Shown: positions 1 through 10,108, counted from the stretch's first letter. The stretch: DNA of 52,071 bases from Candidatus Omnitrophota bacterium (GCA_043718225.1 JAYSWD010000062.1:1-52071); one strand, 5' to 3'. The notes: generated by a model from the sequence alone, not told the origin. A program made the numbers and translations.

Positions 1-15
1 TTCGTTCCGAAACTC

Positions 16-88
16 AGCTGAAGATGGGAATCGAACCCACGACCTCGTCCTTACCAAGGACGTGCTCTACCAACTGAGCTACTTCAGC
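16..88 (-). tRNA. tRNA-Thr (anticodon GGU)
   Basis: The reverse complement folds as a 73-nt cloverleaf. Acceptor GCTGAAG/CTTCAGC; D arm GCTC-AGTTGGTA-GAGC; anticodon stem CGTCC/GGACG with loop TTGGTAA (anticodon GGT); T arm GTGGG-TTCGATT-CCCAT. CCA is not encoded. Confidence 0.9.
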
Positions 89-401
89 ACCAGCTGAAGG
101 CAAAAAATCTCTCTCAACCTTTTTGGGGTAGAGAATACCCATAGGGACTCTGGTCCTGAGGATAAAAGAGCAGACATTCTATCCTCGGTTTTTCGCATGT
201 CAATTCTTTTCTAGGAATTTTTTTAAGTTTTTTTTGGAATATTCCAAACGCCAAAAAAACTCTGTTTTTAACTTCCAAAAGCCAAAATTATGCCCAAAAA
301 TGCACTGATAGTTAATTTTATTAATTATTATTATAAATTTAAATAACTATATTCTGATATTAAAAGATATGAATTGATAGTTTTGGTGGGTTTTCAAAAC
401 C

Positions 402-429
402 TTGACCGAATATTTTTACTGTATATAAT
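402..429 (+). promoter_or_regulatory. candidate sigma70-type promoter for gpmA
   Basis: TTGACC (402-407), 16-nt spacer, TATAAT (424-429), about 48 nt upstream of the gpmA ATG in an AT-rich spacer. Confidence 0.45.
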
Positions 430-476
430 GCCGCTTCTTTCAAGCGAACATGACTCAATATACTTAGGGAGCAAGC

Positions 477-1115
477 ATGCCGACTTTAATTCTTATCCGC
501 CATGGTGAATCACAATGGAATCTTGAAAACCGGTTTACCGGGTGGGTGGATGTTGAACTCTCGCCGAAAGGGATCACGGAAGCAAGCGAAGCCGGCAAAA
601 AACTCGTCAGCTATAAAATTGACAAGGGCTATACTTCGACTCTTAAAAGAGCGATCAATACCTTGGATTTAGCTTTAAAGTCGGCCGCAAAAACAAGTCT
701 TCCGATTGTCCGCGACGCAGCTTTAAACGAACGCCATTACGGCGCTTTGCAAGGCTTAAACAAAGGCGAAACCGCAAAAAAATACAGTGACGAGCAGGTG
801 CATATTTGGCGCCGCAGTTACGATGTTCCGCCGCCTACGGACAAAACAGATTTTAATCCCGAGGGCATCAGTGAAAGCTTGAAAGATACGGCGGCGCGCG
901 CATTGCCGTGCTTTGATAAAACAATTGCTGTCGATTTAAAAAACGGAAAGAATATTATCGTGGCGGCGCATGGAAACAGCCTTCGCGCGATTGTGATGCA
1001 TTTGGAAAAAATGACCAAGGAACAAGTGCTGGATCTCAATATTCCGACAGCAACACCGCTCGTTTATGAGCTGGATAACAATCTGAAAATCATTTCGAAA
1101 AAAATTCTGAAGTAA
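477..1115 (+). CDS. gpmA: 2,3-bisphosphoglycerate-dependent phosphoglycerate mutase (short form)
   Basis: 212-aa ORF. N-terminal LIRHGESQWN..RFTGW catalytic-His motif and later AAHGNSLRA motif of the histidine-phosphatase/dPGM family. GGGAG RBS upstream. Confidence 0.9.
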   Translation: MPTLILIRHGESQWNLENRFTGWVDVELSPKGITEASEAGKKLVSYKIDKGYTSTLKRAINTLDLALKSAAKTSLPIVRDAALNERHYGALQGLNKGETAKKYSDEQVHIWRRSYDVPPPTDKTDFNPEGISESLKDTAARALPCFDKTIAVDLKNGKNIIVAAHGNSLRAIVMHLEKMTKEQVLDLNIPTATPLVYELDNNLKIISKKILK

Positions 1116-1149
1116 CATTTTCACTTAGCTTACGCGGCAGTGATATCTT

Positions 1150-1171
1150 CATTTACGCTTACGCGTAAATG
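1150..1171. terminator. hairpin between convergent genes (possible bidirectional terminator)
   Basis: Perfect 9-bp stem CATTTACGC/GCGTAAATG with loop TTAC, between the gpmA stop and the stop of the 1184-1963 gene. No U tract, so the terminator function is inferred. Confidence 0.35.
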
Positions 1172-1183
1172 GGGACAACCCAC

Positions 1184-1963
1184 CTAGCGCGGGGGCGAAA
1201 TAGAAGCGTTTTCCGCTTCTTTGGATAAGACTTCAAATTCGGCTTCGGCGGCTTCCTGTTTAGCTTCTTTCTCGGCATGTTCGCGGATTTCCTGCTCTAC
1301 CGCGGCGGCAATTCCATGATATTGAGGCGCCGAAAGCACGGGCATATCCCCCTCTTCGCTTAAACCAATTCGCAGAAAAAGCTGCTTCACAAAAATTTGC
1401 GCCAAAACTCTCGAATTTGATTTTTCATCCATCAAAAAAGTTTTTTCCTGAAGATTAAATATTTGTTTTTTTAAAATGGGCGAAGAGGAATCAACTTCGC
1501 TGATTTCTTCGACCGAAATGCGTGTTTGAAGCGGCGATAAACCCAGCCCTTGTTTCTTTTTGCGAACGGTTTCGGGGCGCGCAAACAAATGCAAATTGAG
1601 GTGTCCGCTGACGCGCCGCATAAGCGCGATTTTTTGAATGTCAATTTCCAATAAATCCGGTTTCAAGGCTCCCCCGCTTAAAAAAGCCTGCCCCCCTTTA
1701 AACCGCATCGCGAGACGGTTAATCTCCAGCATGTTGCCGCGCGGAAAACCATACGGATTTCCCACTCTCACATCATTCAAAACGAGTTCGGGTAAAGTCC
1801 AGTCAATGGCAGCGCGGCGAATCGAGACATCGGTGTCCCAATAAAGCCCGAAAGATGAAGAGAGCAGTATTTTTAAAATAAATCCGTTGAACAAAAAAAA
1901 GACCAGAGCGCTCAAACAAATCCACTGCGCCAAAAAGACCAAAAACCGGGCGATTTTTTTCAT
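1184..1963 (-). CDS. hypothetical membrane-anchored protein
   Basis: 259-aa ORF with one N-terminal TM helix (FLVFLAQWICLSALVFFLF) and an acidic Ala/Glu-rich C-terminus. No family recognised. Confidence 0.6.
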   Translation of the reverse strand: MKKIARFLVFLAQWICLSALVFFLFNGFILKILLSSSFGLYWDTDVSIRRAAIDWTLPELVLNDVRVGNPYGFPRGNMLEINRLAMRFKGGQAFLSGGALKPDLLEIDIQKIALMRRVSGHLNLHLFARPETVRKKKQGLGLSPLQTRISVEEISEVDSSSPILKKQIFNLQEKTFLMDEKSNSRVLAQIFVKQLFLRIGLSEEGDMPVLSAPQYHGIAAAVEQEIREHAEKEAKQEAAEAEFEVLSKEAENASISPPR

Positions 1964-1970
1964 GTATTGC

Positions 1971-1998
1971 TTGACAATTTATTTTTTTTCAGCATAAT
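1971..1998 (+). promoter_or_regulatory. candidate promoter of the atp operon
   Basis: TTGACA (1971-1976), 16-nt spacer, CATAAT (1993-1998), about 65 nt upstream of the first atp-cluster ORF. Confidence 0.45.
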
Positions 1999-2062
1999 GT
2001 TTGCGCTTGCATTTATTATTGTAACTAATTGAAAGCATTGGGGTTGTGACAATTATAACGTT

Positions 2063-2317
2063 TTGGCACACCGTTCGTGTTTGGCCGCCAAGGATCAGCA
2101 AATTCTTAAAGATTTAAAAACTTTCGGGCTCGCACTTACCATTCCTTCGGTTTTGGTTTGCGGTCCCTTGCTGGGATACGGCATCGCCGATGCTTTAATC
2201 AAAAAGGGCGCTCCCCTTTTGATTATGCCCCTCCTGGTTGGTGCGGGTTCTATTTTAGCATTAGTCCAAACTTTACGAACGGTTAAATTACTTTCGGAAC
2301 CTGAAAAAAAACCATGA
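2063..2317 (+). CDS. AtpI/AtpZ-like small membrane protein of the ATP synthase operon
   Basis: 84-aa ORF (TTG start in the track) with two hydrophobic helices. Its stop overlaps the atpB start (ATGA). The assignment rests on size and position, not on motifs. Confidence 0.5.
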   Translation: MAHRSCLAAKDQQILKDLKTFGLALTIPSVLVCGPLLGYGIADALIKKGAPLLIMPLLVGAGSILALVQTLRTVKLLSEPEKKP

Positions 2318-3162
2318 TCGAGAAAGTTGAGACAGTTGAACATCTGGGCGCTGAAATGGTTCATGCTGCGGTTGAACATCATCCCGCGGCGGAACATACT
2401 CCGCATGAAATCCATAATATCCTCACGCTGATTTCTCAAAAGTTTCACGGCGAGCCCTGGGCTCATTTTATTCATCAGCATGAAGCTCTTATTTTTTCTC
2501 TCACTATCCTCGCGCTACTTTCATTCGCTTTTTTATTCGCGGCGCGTCCCCGTAAAAGCTGGGTTCCTGCCGCCGGCCTTCAGAACTTAATGGAAAGCAT
2601 TGTGGAAGGTCTCGAGCAATATGTTTTGTCAATTACTGGCCCCAAAGGCCGCAAGCATGTGCCTTTTGTTGGAACTTGCTTTCTTTATATTTTGCTCATG
2701 AATTGGAGCGGTTTAATTCCATTTTCAAAATCCCCCACAGCCACCTGGAGTGTCACTCTCGCGCTGGCTTTAATCGCCGTGGCTTACGTTCACATCAATG
2801 GCTTACGTGAATTAGGCCTTCGCAATTATGTGCTTCATCTTGCCGGCAACCCCACATCAACCATTTCATGGGTTATCGGTATAGTTTTAATGCTTCCGCT
2901 TGGTATTGTTTTAGAATACGGCGCTTTTACATTCAGCCTTTCATTGCGCCTTTTCGCCAACATTTCAAGTGAGGACCGGCTTTTATACAGCATCGCGCAT
3001 TTAGGCTGGTTCGCCTGGCCGCTTTTTATTTTTGCGTACGGGCTTTCAATTCTTTTCAGCCTTATTCAGGCGCTTGTTTTCAGTTTGCTTACGACGGTTT
3101 TTATCAACAATTTCAGTTCCCATGAACATGATGAACATGCTCATGGGGCCGCCACTCACTGA
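2314..3162 (+). CDS. atpB: F0F1 ATP synthase subunit a
   Basis: 282-aa polytopic protein with the conserved subunit-a motif LSLRLFANI (essential Arg). Operon position before subunit c. His-rich N- and C-terminal tails. Confidence 0.9.
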   Translation: MIEKVETVEHLGAEMVHAAVEHHPAAEHTPHEIHNILTLISQKFHGEPWAHFIHQHEALIFSLTILALLSFAFLFAARPRKSWVPAAGLQNLMESIVEGLEQYVLSITGPKGRKHVPFVGTCFLYILLMNWSGLIPFSKSPTATWSVTLALALIAVAYVHINGLRELGLRNYVLHLAGNPTSTISWVIGIVLMLPLGIVLEYGAFTFSLSLRLFANISSEDRLLYSIAHLGWFAWPLFIFAYGLSILFSLIQALVFSLLTTVFINNFSSHEHDEHAHGAATH

Positions 3163-3208
3163 TTAATTGAGCGACGGTTTTTAACATCAAAATAAAGGAG
3201 CTACTCCC

Positions 3209-3442
3209 ATGACCTATCAAACTCTTCTCGCTTTCGGTATCCCCATTATGTTCGGCTTAAGCACGCTCGGCGGCGCTCTCGGCCTCGGCCATGCCGTTGC
3301 CGCGGCACTCGAAGCGACCGGGCGCCAGCCGGAAGCATCTTCGAAAATCCAGCAGACTATGCTTCTTGGCTGTGCTTTCATCGAAGCGTTGTCGCTTTTC
3401 TCTTTCGTTGTAATGATTATCCTTCAGGGAAAACTTTCATAA
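3209..3442 (+). CDS. atpE: F0F1 ATP synthase subunit c
   Basis: 77-aa two-helix hairpin with a Gly/Ala-rich helix 1 (GGALGLGHAVAAA), a polar loop (RQPE) and a carboxylate in helix 2 (AFIEALSLF). AAGGAG RBS. Confidence 0.9.
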   Translation: MTYQTLLAFGIPIMFGLSTLGGALGLGHAVAAALEATGRQPEASSKIQQTMLLGCAFIEALSLFSFVVMIILQGKLS

Positions 3443-3463
3443 GCGAAGAAAAAAGAAAACATT

Positions 3464-3964
3464 ATGGATTTTTTTAAAGAAAACATCGTTCCGTTGGAAG
3501 TTCTGATTCAACTTTCGGCTTTTCTGCTGGTTTTTTTTACATTGCGAAAAGCGGCCTGGGGCCCCATTCAGAAATCGCTTGCCGACCGTCGCGCGCATAT
3601 TAAAAAAAGCATCGACGACGCGGAAGAAGCGAAACGTGAAATGGAAAAACTCAAAGCTGAATATCAGATTCAACTGAAAACAATCGAAGACGCGGCGCGC
3701 GCGAAAATGGCCGAAACTGTCGAGGCGGGACGATTGATCGCTAAAGACATTCAGGACAAGGCGCGCGAAGAAGCGCAGCGCACTTTCGATAAAACGAAAG
3801 CCGCTCTCGATTTGGAAGTTGCGAAAGCCCGCGTAACCATGCGCCAGGAAATAGCGAACATTTCCATTCATGTGGCCGAAAAAATTCTGGGCGATCATTT
3901 GAATGACAGCAAGCAGCGCGAGAAAGCTTCTCAGCTCGTAGACCAACTCGAAAAAACATTATGA
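3464..3964 (+). CDS. atpF: F0F1 ATP synthase subunit b
   Basis: 166 aa: one N-terminal TM helix followed by a long charged Ala/Glu/Lys-rich helix. Operon position. Confidence 0.85.
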   Translation: MDFFKENIVPLEVLIQLSAFLLVFFTLRKAAWGPIQKSLADRRAHIKKSIDDAEEAKREMEKLKAEYQIQLKTIEDAARAKMAETVEAGRLIAKDIQDKAREEAQRTFDKTKAALDLEVAKARVTMRQEIANISIHVAEKILGDHLNDSKQREKASQLVDQLEKTL

Positions 3965-4124
3965 GCCAGCCCAAATATTATCTTTCAGCTGCAAGTTCCG
4001 CTTATGGCCTGCGCCTTCTCATCTCTCGGCTTACAGGCTTCTGCGAGCATGCTCGCCTCGCGCTGCTTTGGCTCGGCTCAAAATCAAAACTTTCGCTTAG
4101 AAACATAATATCTGGACAGGCTCT
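3962..4124. repeat. structured spacer bounded by a stop-to-start inverted repeat (atpF-atpH)
   Basis: Left arm 3962-3986 (TGAGCCAGCCCAAATATTATCTTTC, starting at the atpF TGA) is complementary at 20/25 positions to right arm 4100-4124 (GAAACATAATATCTGGACAGGCTCT, ending 1 nt before the atpH ATG). Confidence 0.6.
4000..4090 (+). repeat. dispersed spacer module, copy 1
   Basis: GCTTATGGCCTGCGCCTT... and ...CTCGGCTCAAAATCAA blocks match the nuoJ-nuoK spacer at 10109-10197 (17/19 and 15/17 nt) and, more weakly, 9488-9530. Confidence 0.5.
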
Positions 4125-4697
4125 ATGAAAGACGCCGGAATTCTTGCTAAGCAATATGCTAACGCGCTTTTAAACCTCAGCCGGAATGAAAAAAATCTGG
4201 CTGAGGTGGAAAAGTCTTTTGACGCGTTTGTTGATTCGGCTTACAAGGATCCGCGCTTCGCCGCTTTCATGAACAGCCCAGTCATTCCGCGGAATAAAAA
4301 AGAAGAACTTTTAAGCCAGATTCTTCCAAAAGGAACTCCGCCATTGCTGGGGCTTTTTTTGCGCCTTGTTTTGACCAAAAAGCGTTTTCAGATATTACCT
4401 TTAATCGAAAGTACGTTTCAGTCTTTGTCAGAAAAAAGCCGCGGAATTCACCGCGCGGAATATATCGGCGCCGCGCCGATCGAACCGGCTACCGAAAAAA
4501 AATTAATCGCTATTTTAGAGCGGTCTTCCGTGGTCTCCGGAGCTTCCGCCAAGCCGGCAACGATTAAGCTTGTAACAAAAGTCGACCCAAAAATTATCGG
4601 CGGATTTATTTTAAAATTGGATGAACGCGTGGTTGACGCGAGTTATCAAACTAAATTACGGGAAATGAAGCAGAAGCTTTACGCGGCTGCGATCTGA
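4125..4697 (+). CDS. atpH: F0F1 ATP synthase subunit delta (OSCP)
   Basis: 190-aa ORF between subunits b and alpha. Typical delta/OSCP length and C-terminal IIGGFILKLDERVVDAS motif. Confidence 0.85.
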   Translation: MKDAGILAKQYANALLNLSRNEKNLAEVEKSFDAFVDSAYKDPRFAAFMNSPVIPRNKKEELLSQILPKGTPPLLGLFLRLVLTKKRFQILPLIESTFQSLSEKSRGIHRAEYIGAAPIEPATEKKLIAILERSSVVSGASAKPATIKLVTKVDPKIIGGFILKLDERVVDASYQTKLREMKQKLYAAAI

Positions 4698-4703
4698 ATG
4701 AGA

Positions 4704-4804
4704 ACGCAAGTTACGAAGCGTAACTTGCGTGTTCGAATTCATCTCCGAAAAACGCATAGCGTTTTATCGGAGATCTAGAACTGGATCCCCGCCTTCGCGG
4801 GGAT
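4704..4804 (+). other. three consecutive stem-loops in the atpH-atpA spacer
   Basis: 4704-4730: 11-bp stem ACGCAAGTTAC/GTAACTTGCGT. 4741-4774: ATCTCCGAAAAACGC..GCGTTTTATCGGAGAT. 4785-4804: ATCCCCGC-CTTC-GCGGGGAT. Confidence 0.6.
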
Positions 4805-4841
4805 GACGGAACCATTTTTAAAAAGAGTTATAGGAGTTCCT

Positions 4842-6347
4842 ATGTTAAAGGCTGATGAAGTAACACAAGCATTAGAAAAAGAAATCGCGAAATATCAATC
4901 TAAACTCGAGGTCGAGTCGGTTGGTTATGTTTTACAGGTCGGCGACGGTATCGCACGGGTTTACGGCCTTGACGCCGTGATGGCCGGCGAACTTGTAACC
5001 TTCGAAGACGGCACAGCCGGATTAGTTTTGAACCTGGAACCGAATCAAGTCGGCGTGGTTATTTTGGGCGATGACCGCAAGATTAAAGAAGGCGGCATGG
5101 TCAAACGCACGGGCAAGATCGCGGAAGTTCCGGTCGGCCCGGCTTTGATGGGGCGCGTCGTTAATCCGCTCGGAGAACCGATGGACGGAAAAGGCCCGAT
5201 TGTTACCAATCTCCGCCGTCCGATTGAAGCTTTGCCGCCTTCCGTTATTCAGCGCCAGCCCGTTAAGGAACCTTTGCAGACCGGAATTAAAGCCATCGAT
5301 GGCATGATTCCGATCGGACGCGGCCAACGCGAATTAATTATCGGCGACCGTCAAACCGGAAAAACCGCCATTATTCTTGATACGATTATTAATCAAAAAG
5401 GAACAGGCATTCACTGTATTTATGTCGCTATCGGACAAAAGCTTTCGAGTGTCGTAGGTATCGCCAAAACTCTCGAAGAAAACGGCGCGATGGAATACAC
5501 CACGATCGTTTCCGCTTCCGCGGATGATCCGGCCCCTCTCCAATTTTTGGCGCCATACGCCGGCTGCGCCATTGGTGAGGAAGACTTATATAATGGCCGC
5601 CACGCGCTTGTCGCTTATGACGATTTGTCGAAACACGCTGTCGCTTATCGCCAGCTTTCGCTTCTGTTACAGCGCCCGCCGGGACGCGAAGCTTATCCGG
5701 GAGACGTTTTCTATCTTCATTCACGCCTGCTCGAACGCGCCGCGAAAATCCGCCAGGATTTGGGCGGAGGTTCTTTGACGGCTTTGCCTGTTATTGAAAC
5801 CCAGCTGGGCGACGTTTCGGCTTACATTCCGACCAACGTCATTTCGATCACGGACGGCCAAATTTATCTGGAAACAGATTTGTTTTATGCGGGCGTACGC
5901 CCTGCGATCAACGTCGGTTTGTCGGTTTCACGCGTGGGCGGCAATGCTCAAACCAAAGCAATGAAGCAGGTCGCGGGAACTTTGCGCCTTGTTTTGGCTC
6001 AATACCGTGAATTAGCCGCTTTCGCACAGCTCTCAACCGACTTAGATAAATCCACAAAAGACCAGCTGACGCGCGGTGAACGCATGGTAGAACTTTTAAA
6101 ACAAAATGTTTTTCAGCCCATGCCGTTTGAAAAACAAGTTGTGATGATTTTAGCCGCCAATGAAGGCGCTCTGGATGACTTACAGTTGAAGCGCCTGAAA
6201 GATTTTGAACGCGAGTACCTTGTGTATTTGGATAAAAATTACGCCGACGCGATGCGCGATATTCAAACAACCAAAGCTTTGTCGAATGAAACCAAAGAAA
6301 AACTTAAAAAAGCGGTTGTTAGCTTCAAAGAAACATTCAAGCGGTAA
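4842..6347 (+). CDS. atpA: F0F1 ATP synthase subunit alpha
   Basis: Walker A GDRQTGKT and strong alpha-subunit similarity throughout. ATG at 4842 is preceded by a TAGGAG RBS. The track ORF opens at 4803, but that extension looks non-native. Confidence 0.95.
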   Translation: MLKADEVTQALEKEIAKYQSKLEVESVGYVLQVGDGIARVYGLDAVMAGELVTFEDGTAGLVLNLEPNQVGVVILGDDRKIKEGGMVKRTGKIAEVPVGPALMGRVVNPLGEPMDGKGPIVTNLRRPIEALPPSVIQRQPVKEPLQTGIKAIDGMIPIGRGQRELIIGDRQTGKTAIILDTIINQKGTGIHCIYVAIGQKLSSVVGIAKTLEENGAMEYTTIVSASADDPAPLQFLAPYAGCAIGEEDLYNGRHALVAYDDLSKHAVAYRQLSLLLQRPPGREAYPGDVFYLHSRLLERAAKIRQDLGGGSLTALPVIETQLGDVSAYIPTNVISITDGQIYLETDLFYAGVRPAINVGLSVSRVGGNAQTKAMKQVAGTLRLVLAQYRELAAFAQLSTDLDKSTKDQLTRGERMVELLKQNVFQPMPFEKQVVMILAANEGALDDLQLKRLKDFEREYLVYLDKNYADAMRDIQTTKALSNETKEKLKKAVVSFKETFKR

Positions 6348-6353
6348 CATTTT

Positions 6354-6428
6354 GGCGATTTTATCAAAACAAAATCGCCGGAGATTGCAGCACACAATAT
6401 GTACCGCGGTTGCGGTGTAACCGCAGAG
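6354..6428. other. two hairpins in the atpA-atpG spacer
   Basis: 6354-6379: GGCGATTTT..AAAATCGCC, 9-bp stem. 6404-6428: reverse-oriented relative of the CTCTG-stem-TTNN-stem-CAACCG element (reverse complement CTCTGCGGTTACACCGCAACCGCGG). Confidence 0.55.
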
Positions 6429-6435
6429 CAACAAT

Positions 6436-7326
6436 ATGTCAGGGCAATTAAGAACATTAAAAAACAGAATCCGCAGCATTTCCAACACGAAAAAAATTAC
6501 TCGTGCCATGGAAATGGTTTCGGCGGCTAAGCTCAAGCGCTATCAAAAAATGGTGCTCGAAGGGGCGCCTTATGCCGAGGGACTGCTTCAGCTTCTCAAG
6601 CGCGTGAGCGCAAGCGGTGTTTCGGCGGAGCATCCTCTTCTTGGCGGCGCGGCATCTGCAAAGCGCGCGGAAAAGAAAAAAGCGCTCTTTGTTTTCACAT
6701 CTGACACGGGTCTTTGCGGGTCTTTGAATCTCGACTTAATTGCTTCGGCTCAAAATTTTTTAAAAAATGAGAAGGAACCCGCGGTCATTGTGGGTGTCGG
6801 GAAAATGGGTGTTCTTGCGCTTAAAAAATCCGGTTATGCTCTTGAAAAGACATTTATTGAAATCAAATCTACCGAGATCGAACGTGCGATTGTTGAAATT
6901 AGAAACCTGGCTTCCGATCTTTATCTTTCAGGCCGCGTCGACAGTGTTTATACGACCTACAGCCGCTTTATCAGCGCGACACGTTTTAAGCCGGTGACCG
7001 AAAAGCTGCTTCCATTCACTTTGGACGCGGCCGCCTTACCGGAAAATCAGTCCGCGGTAGCGGAAGTGAATTATTTAATGGAGCCGGACGCGGACGCGCT
7101 TTTTAACCGGTTGGTTCCGGCCGTTTTCAGCATGCGTGTAAGACAAATTTTTCTTGAGTCTTTTGTAAGCGAACAAATGGCGCGCATGAACGCGATGCAC
7201 CAGGCGACGGAAAACGCGTCCGAGTTAATTGATGAACTTGTCTTGGCCCGCAACAAGGCCCGGCAAGCGGCAATTACTAAAGAACTTATAGAGATTATTT
7301 CGGGATCTCAAGCTTTGAAAGCTTGA
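6436..7326 (+). CDS. atpG: F0F1 ATP synthase subunit gamma
   Basis: 296 aa. N-terminal LKNRIRSISNTKKITRAMEMVSAAKL and C-terminal ITKELIEIISG motifs typical of gamma. Confidence 0.92.
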   Translation: MSGQLRTLKNRIRSISNTKKITRAMEMVSAAKLKRYQKMVLEGAPYAEGLLQLLKRVSASGVSAEHPLLGGAASAKRAEKKKALFVFTSDTGLCGSLNLDLIASAQNFLKNEKEPAVIVGVGKMGVLALKKSGYALEKTFIEIKSTEIERAIVEIRNLASDLYLSGRVDSVYTTYSRFISATRFKPVTEKLLPFTLDAAALPENQSAVAEVNYLMEPDADALFNRLVPAVFSMRVRQIFLESFVSEQMARMNAMHQATENASELIDELVLARNKARQAAITKELIEIISGSQALKA

Positions 7327-7350
7327 GATCCTTGGGACTGTTTTGTTTTA

Positions 7351-7444
7351 CCGAAAAACATAAATGTTTTTCGGCGCTTGAGCCTTAAAGGCTTGAAATT
7401 CGCAAGTTTGTTTTGATTTTGTCGGGAAACATAAAGTTCCCGAC
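7351..7444 (+). repeat. duplicated hairpin pair in the atpG-atpD spacer
   Basis: CCGAAAAACATAAATGTTTTTCGG (7351-7374) followed by GAGCCTTAAAGGCTT, then GTCGGGAAACATAAAGTTCCCGAC (7421-7444) followed by GGGCTTTAAAGGCC. The first hairpin resembles 4741-4774. Confidence 0.55.
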
Positions 7445-7468
7445 GTTGGGCTTTAAAGGCCTGATTAA

Positions 7469-8920
<1,452 letters not shown>

Positions 8921-8928
8921 TATTTTGG

Positions 8929-9013
8929 CTCTGAGCTCCGTTCAACCGCTAGATCGGTGCTGCGAGCGAAATAGTAAAAAGCGGAAATAATCCCGGTTGC
9001 GCGAAGCGCAGAG
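8929..9013. repeat. inverted pair of the CTCTG..CAACCG element in the atpD-atpC spacer
   Basis: 8929-8948: CTCTGAGCTCCGTTCAACCG (forward, degenerate). 8992-9013: CCCGGTTGCGCGAAGCGCAGAG, the reverse complement of CTCTGCGCTTCGCGCAACCGGG. Confidence 0.65.
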
Positions 9014-9027
9014 AAAAAGGAATACCG

Positions 9028-9291
9028 ATGAGCTATCAGTTACAAATCATTACGCCGCATGGTAAAGCCTACGAAGGCGAAATCGAACACGCGGAAGTAC
9101 CCGCGGAATACGGTTTCACAGGCGTGCTTTCCAATCATGCCCCCTTTTTAATGGCTTCCGCGGGCGGCAGGCTTTCGATCCGTGAAAAAGGCGGCAAAAC
9201 GCGCGTGTTTATAATTGGTTCCGGTTTTTTTGAAACCCGAAAAAATCAGGCTGTCTTTTTGGCTGAATCTTTTTCAGAGCGCGCAGCTTAA
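9028..9291 (+). CDS. atpC: F0F1 ATP synthase subunit epsilon (beta-sandwich domain only)
   Basis: 87-aa ORF after atpD. The N-terminal beta-sandwich sequence is present, but the C-terminal helical hairpin is absent. Confidence 0.8.
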   Translation: MSYQLQIITPHGKAYEGEIEHAEVPAEYGFTGVLSNHAPFLMASAGGRLSIREKGGKTRVFIIGSGFFETRKNQAVFLAESFSERAA

Positions 9292-9563
9292 ACTGACAAT
9301 TCACCCATAAATGGATACATTGAAAGCCCTAATTTGGATTGGATGCAAGAATCAACGACGACGGCTTGTTCTCTGCAACAAGTCAAGAAGGAGCGACGCA
9401 GCAGACGGCCAAATTCGGGCTTCCCGAAGGGCCGGGCAATTTTGGGCTGCGACCGCATCGTTCGTCTTTGACGTCGTACTGCAACGAAGCCTGCATCATC
9501 TCTCTTTGTCTCGCTCCAAAATCTCTCCGGCCAGTGTATCTATTTATGGGTGAATCGTCAGTT
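9291..9563. repeat. 273-nt element closed by a 28-bp stem joining the atpC stop to the nuoJ start
   Basis: 9291-9318 (AACTGACAATTCACCCATAAATGGATAC) pairs with 9536-9563 (GTATCTATTTATGGGTGAATCGTCAGTT): 26/28 Watson-Crick, one G.U, one A.C. The left arm starts at the last base of the atpC TAA. The right arm ends 1 nt before the nuoJ ATG. Confidence 0.7.
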
Positions 9564-10064
9564 ATGGAATCCCTTTTTTTTTGGATCTTTTCGGTTATTT
9601 CCGTCGCAGGCGCCCTGAGTATCTTATTTGTAACCCGGCCCACCCGCGCGCTTCTTGGCTTGCTTCTATGCATGCTTTCTTTAAGTGTGCTTTATACCTT
9701 ATTACACGCTTACTTTGTCGCCATCGTGCATTTAATCGTCTATGCCGGCGCGGTCATGGTTCTTTTTTTATTCGTAATCATGCTCCAAGGCTTGGGAGCA
9801 ACCACCCTTCCGCTTCTGCAAAGATTCAATAAAAGTCATTTGGCATTGACCCTTCTTTCCGGCGTTATTTTTACAGTTATTTTGACGGCTATTTTTTCCA
9901 ATTCCAAGCTTCCCGCCTTGCAAAATCCGCAGGGCACCGTCGAAAATTTAGGCCGTGTTCTTTTCAGCCGCTATTTACTGCCTTTTGAACTTATTTCTGT
10001 CTTAGTTTTACTCGGTATTTTTGCAGCTGTGACTCTGGCTAAAAACGAAAAGGCTTCGGCATGA
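9564..10064 (+). CDS. nuoJ: NADH-quinone oxidoreductase subunit J
   Basis: MESLFFWIFSVISVAGALSILF... aligns with NuoJ N-termini, and the VYAGAVMVLFLFVIM motif is present. The track ORF (9339) extends upstream through the repeat element. Confidence 0.85.
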   Translation: MESLFFWIFSVISVAGALSILFVTRPTRALLGLLLCMLSLSVLYTLLHAYFVAIVHLIVYAGAVMVLFLFVIMLQGLGATTLPLLQRFNKSHLALTLLSGVIFTVILTAIFSNSKLPALQNPQGTVENLGRVLFSRYLLPFELISVLVLLGIFAAVTLAKNEKASA

Positions 10065-10108
10065 TCTTAAGGAACCAATCCGAAACCATACTTGGAAAGT
10101 GGTCGCTT

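Noticed and set aside
155-193. Terminator-like hairpin (CCTGAGGATA..TATCCTCGG followed by TTTTT) on the + strand next to the tRNA.
   Set aside because: No + strand gene ends nearby within the window, and the tRNA is on the other strand. It cannot be assigned to a transcript, so it is left unannotated.
1-476. Possible integrative element or genomic-island boundary at the tRNA-Thr gene.
   Set aside because: No integrase gene and no direct repeat of the tRNA 3' end is evident in the window. CAGCTGAAG recurs at 91-99 and 33538-33546, but it is too short to be meaningful.
9339-9563. Upstream extension of the nuoJ ORF, and the overlapping ORF at 9311-9553.
   Set aside because: The extension runs through the stem-closed repeat element and has no NuoJ similarity. 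The ATG at 9564 aligns with NuoJ N-termini.
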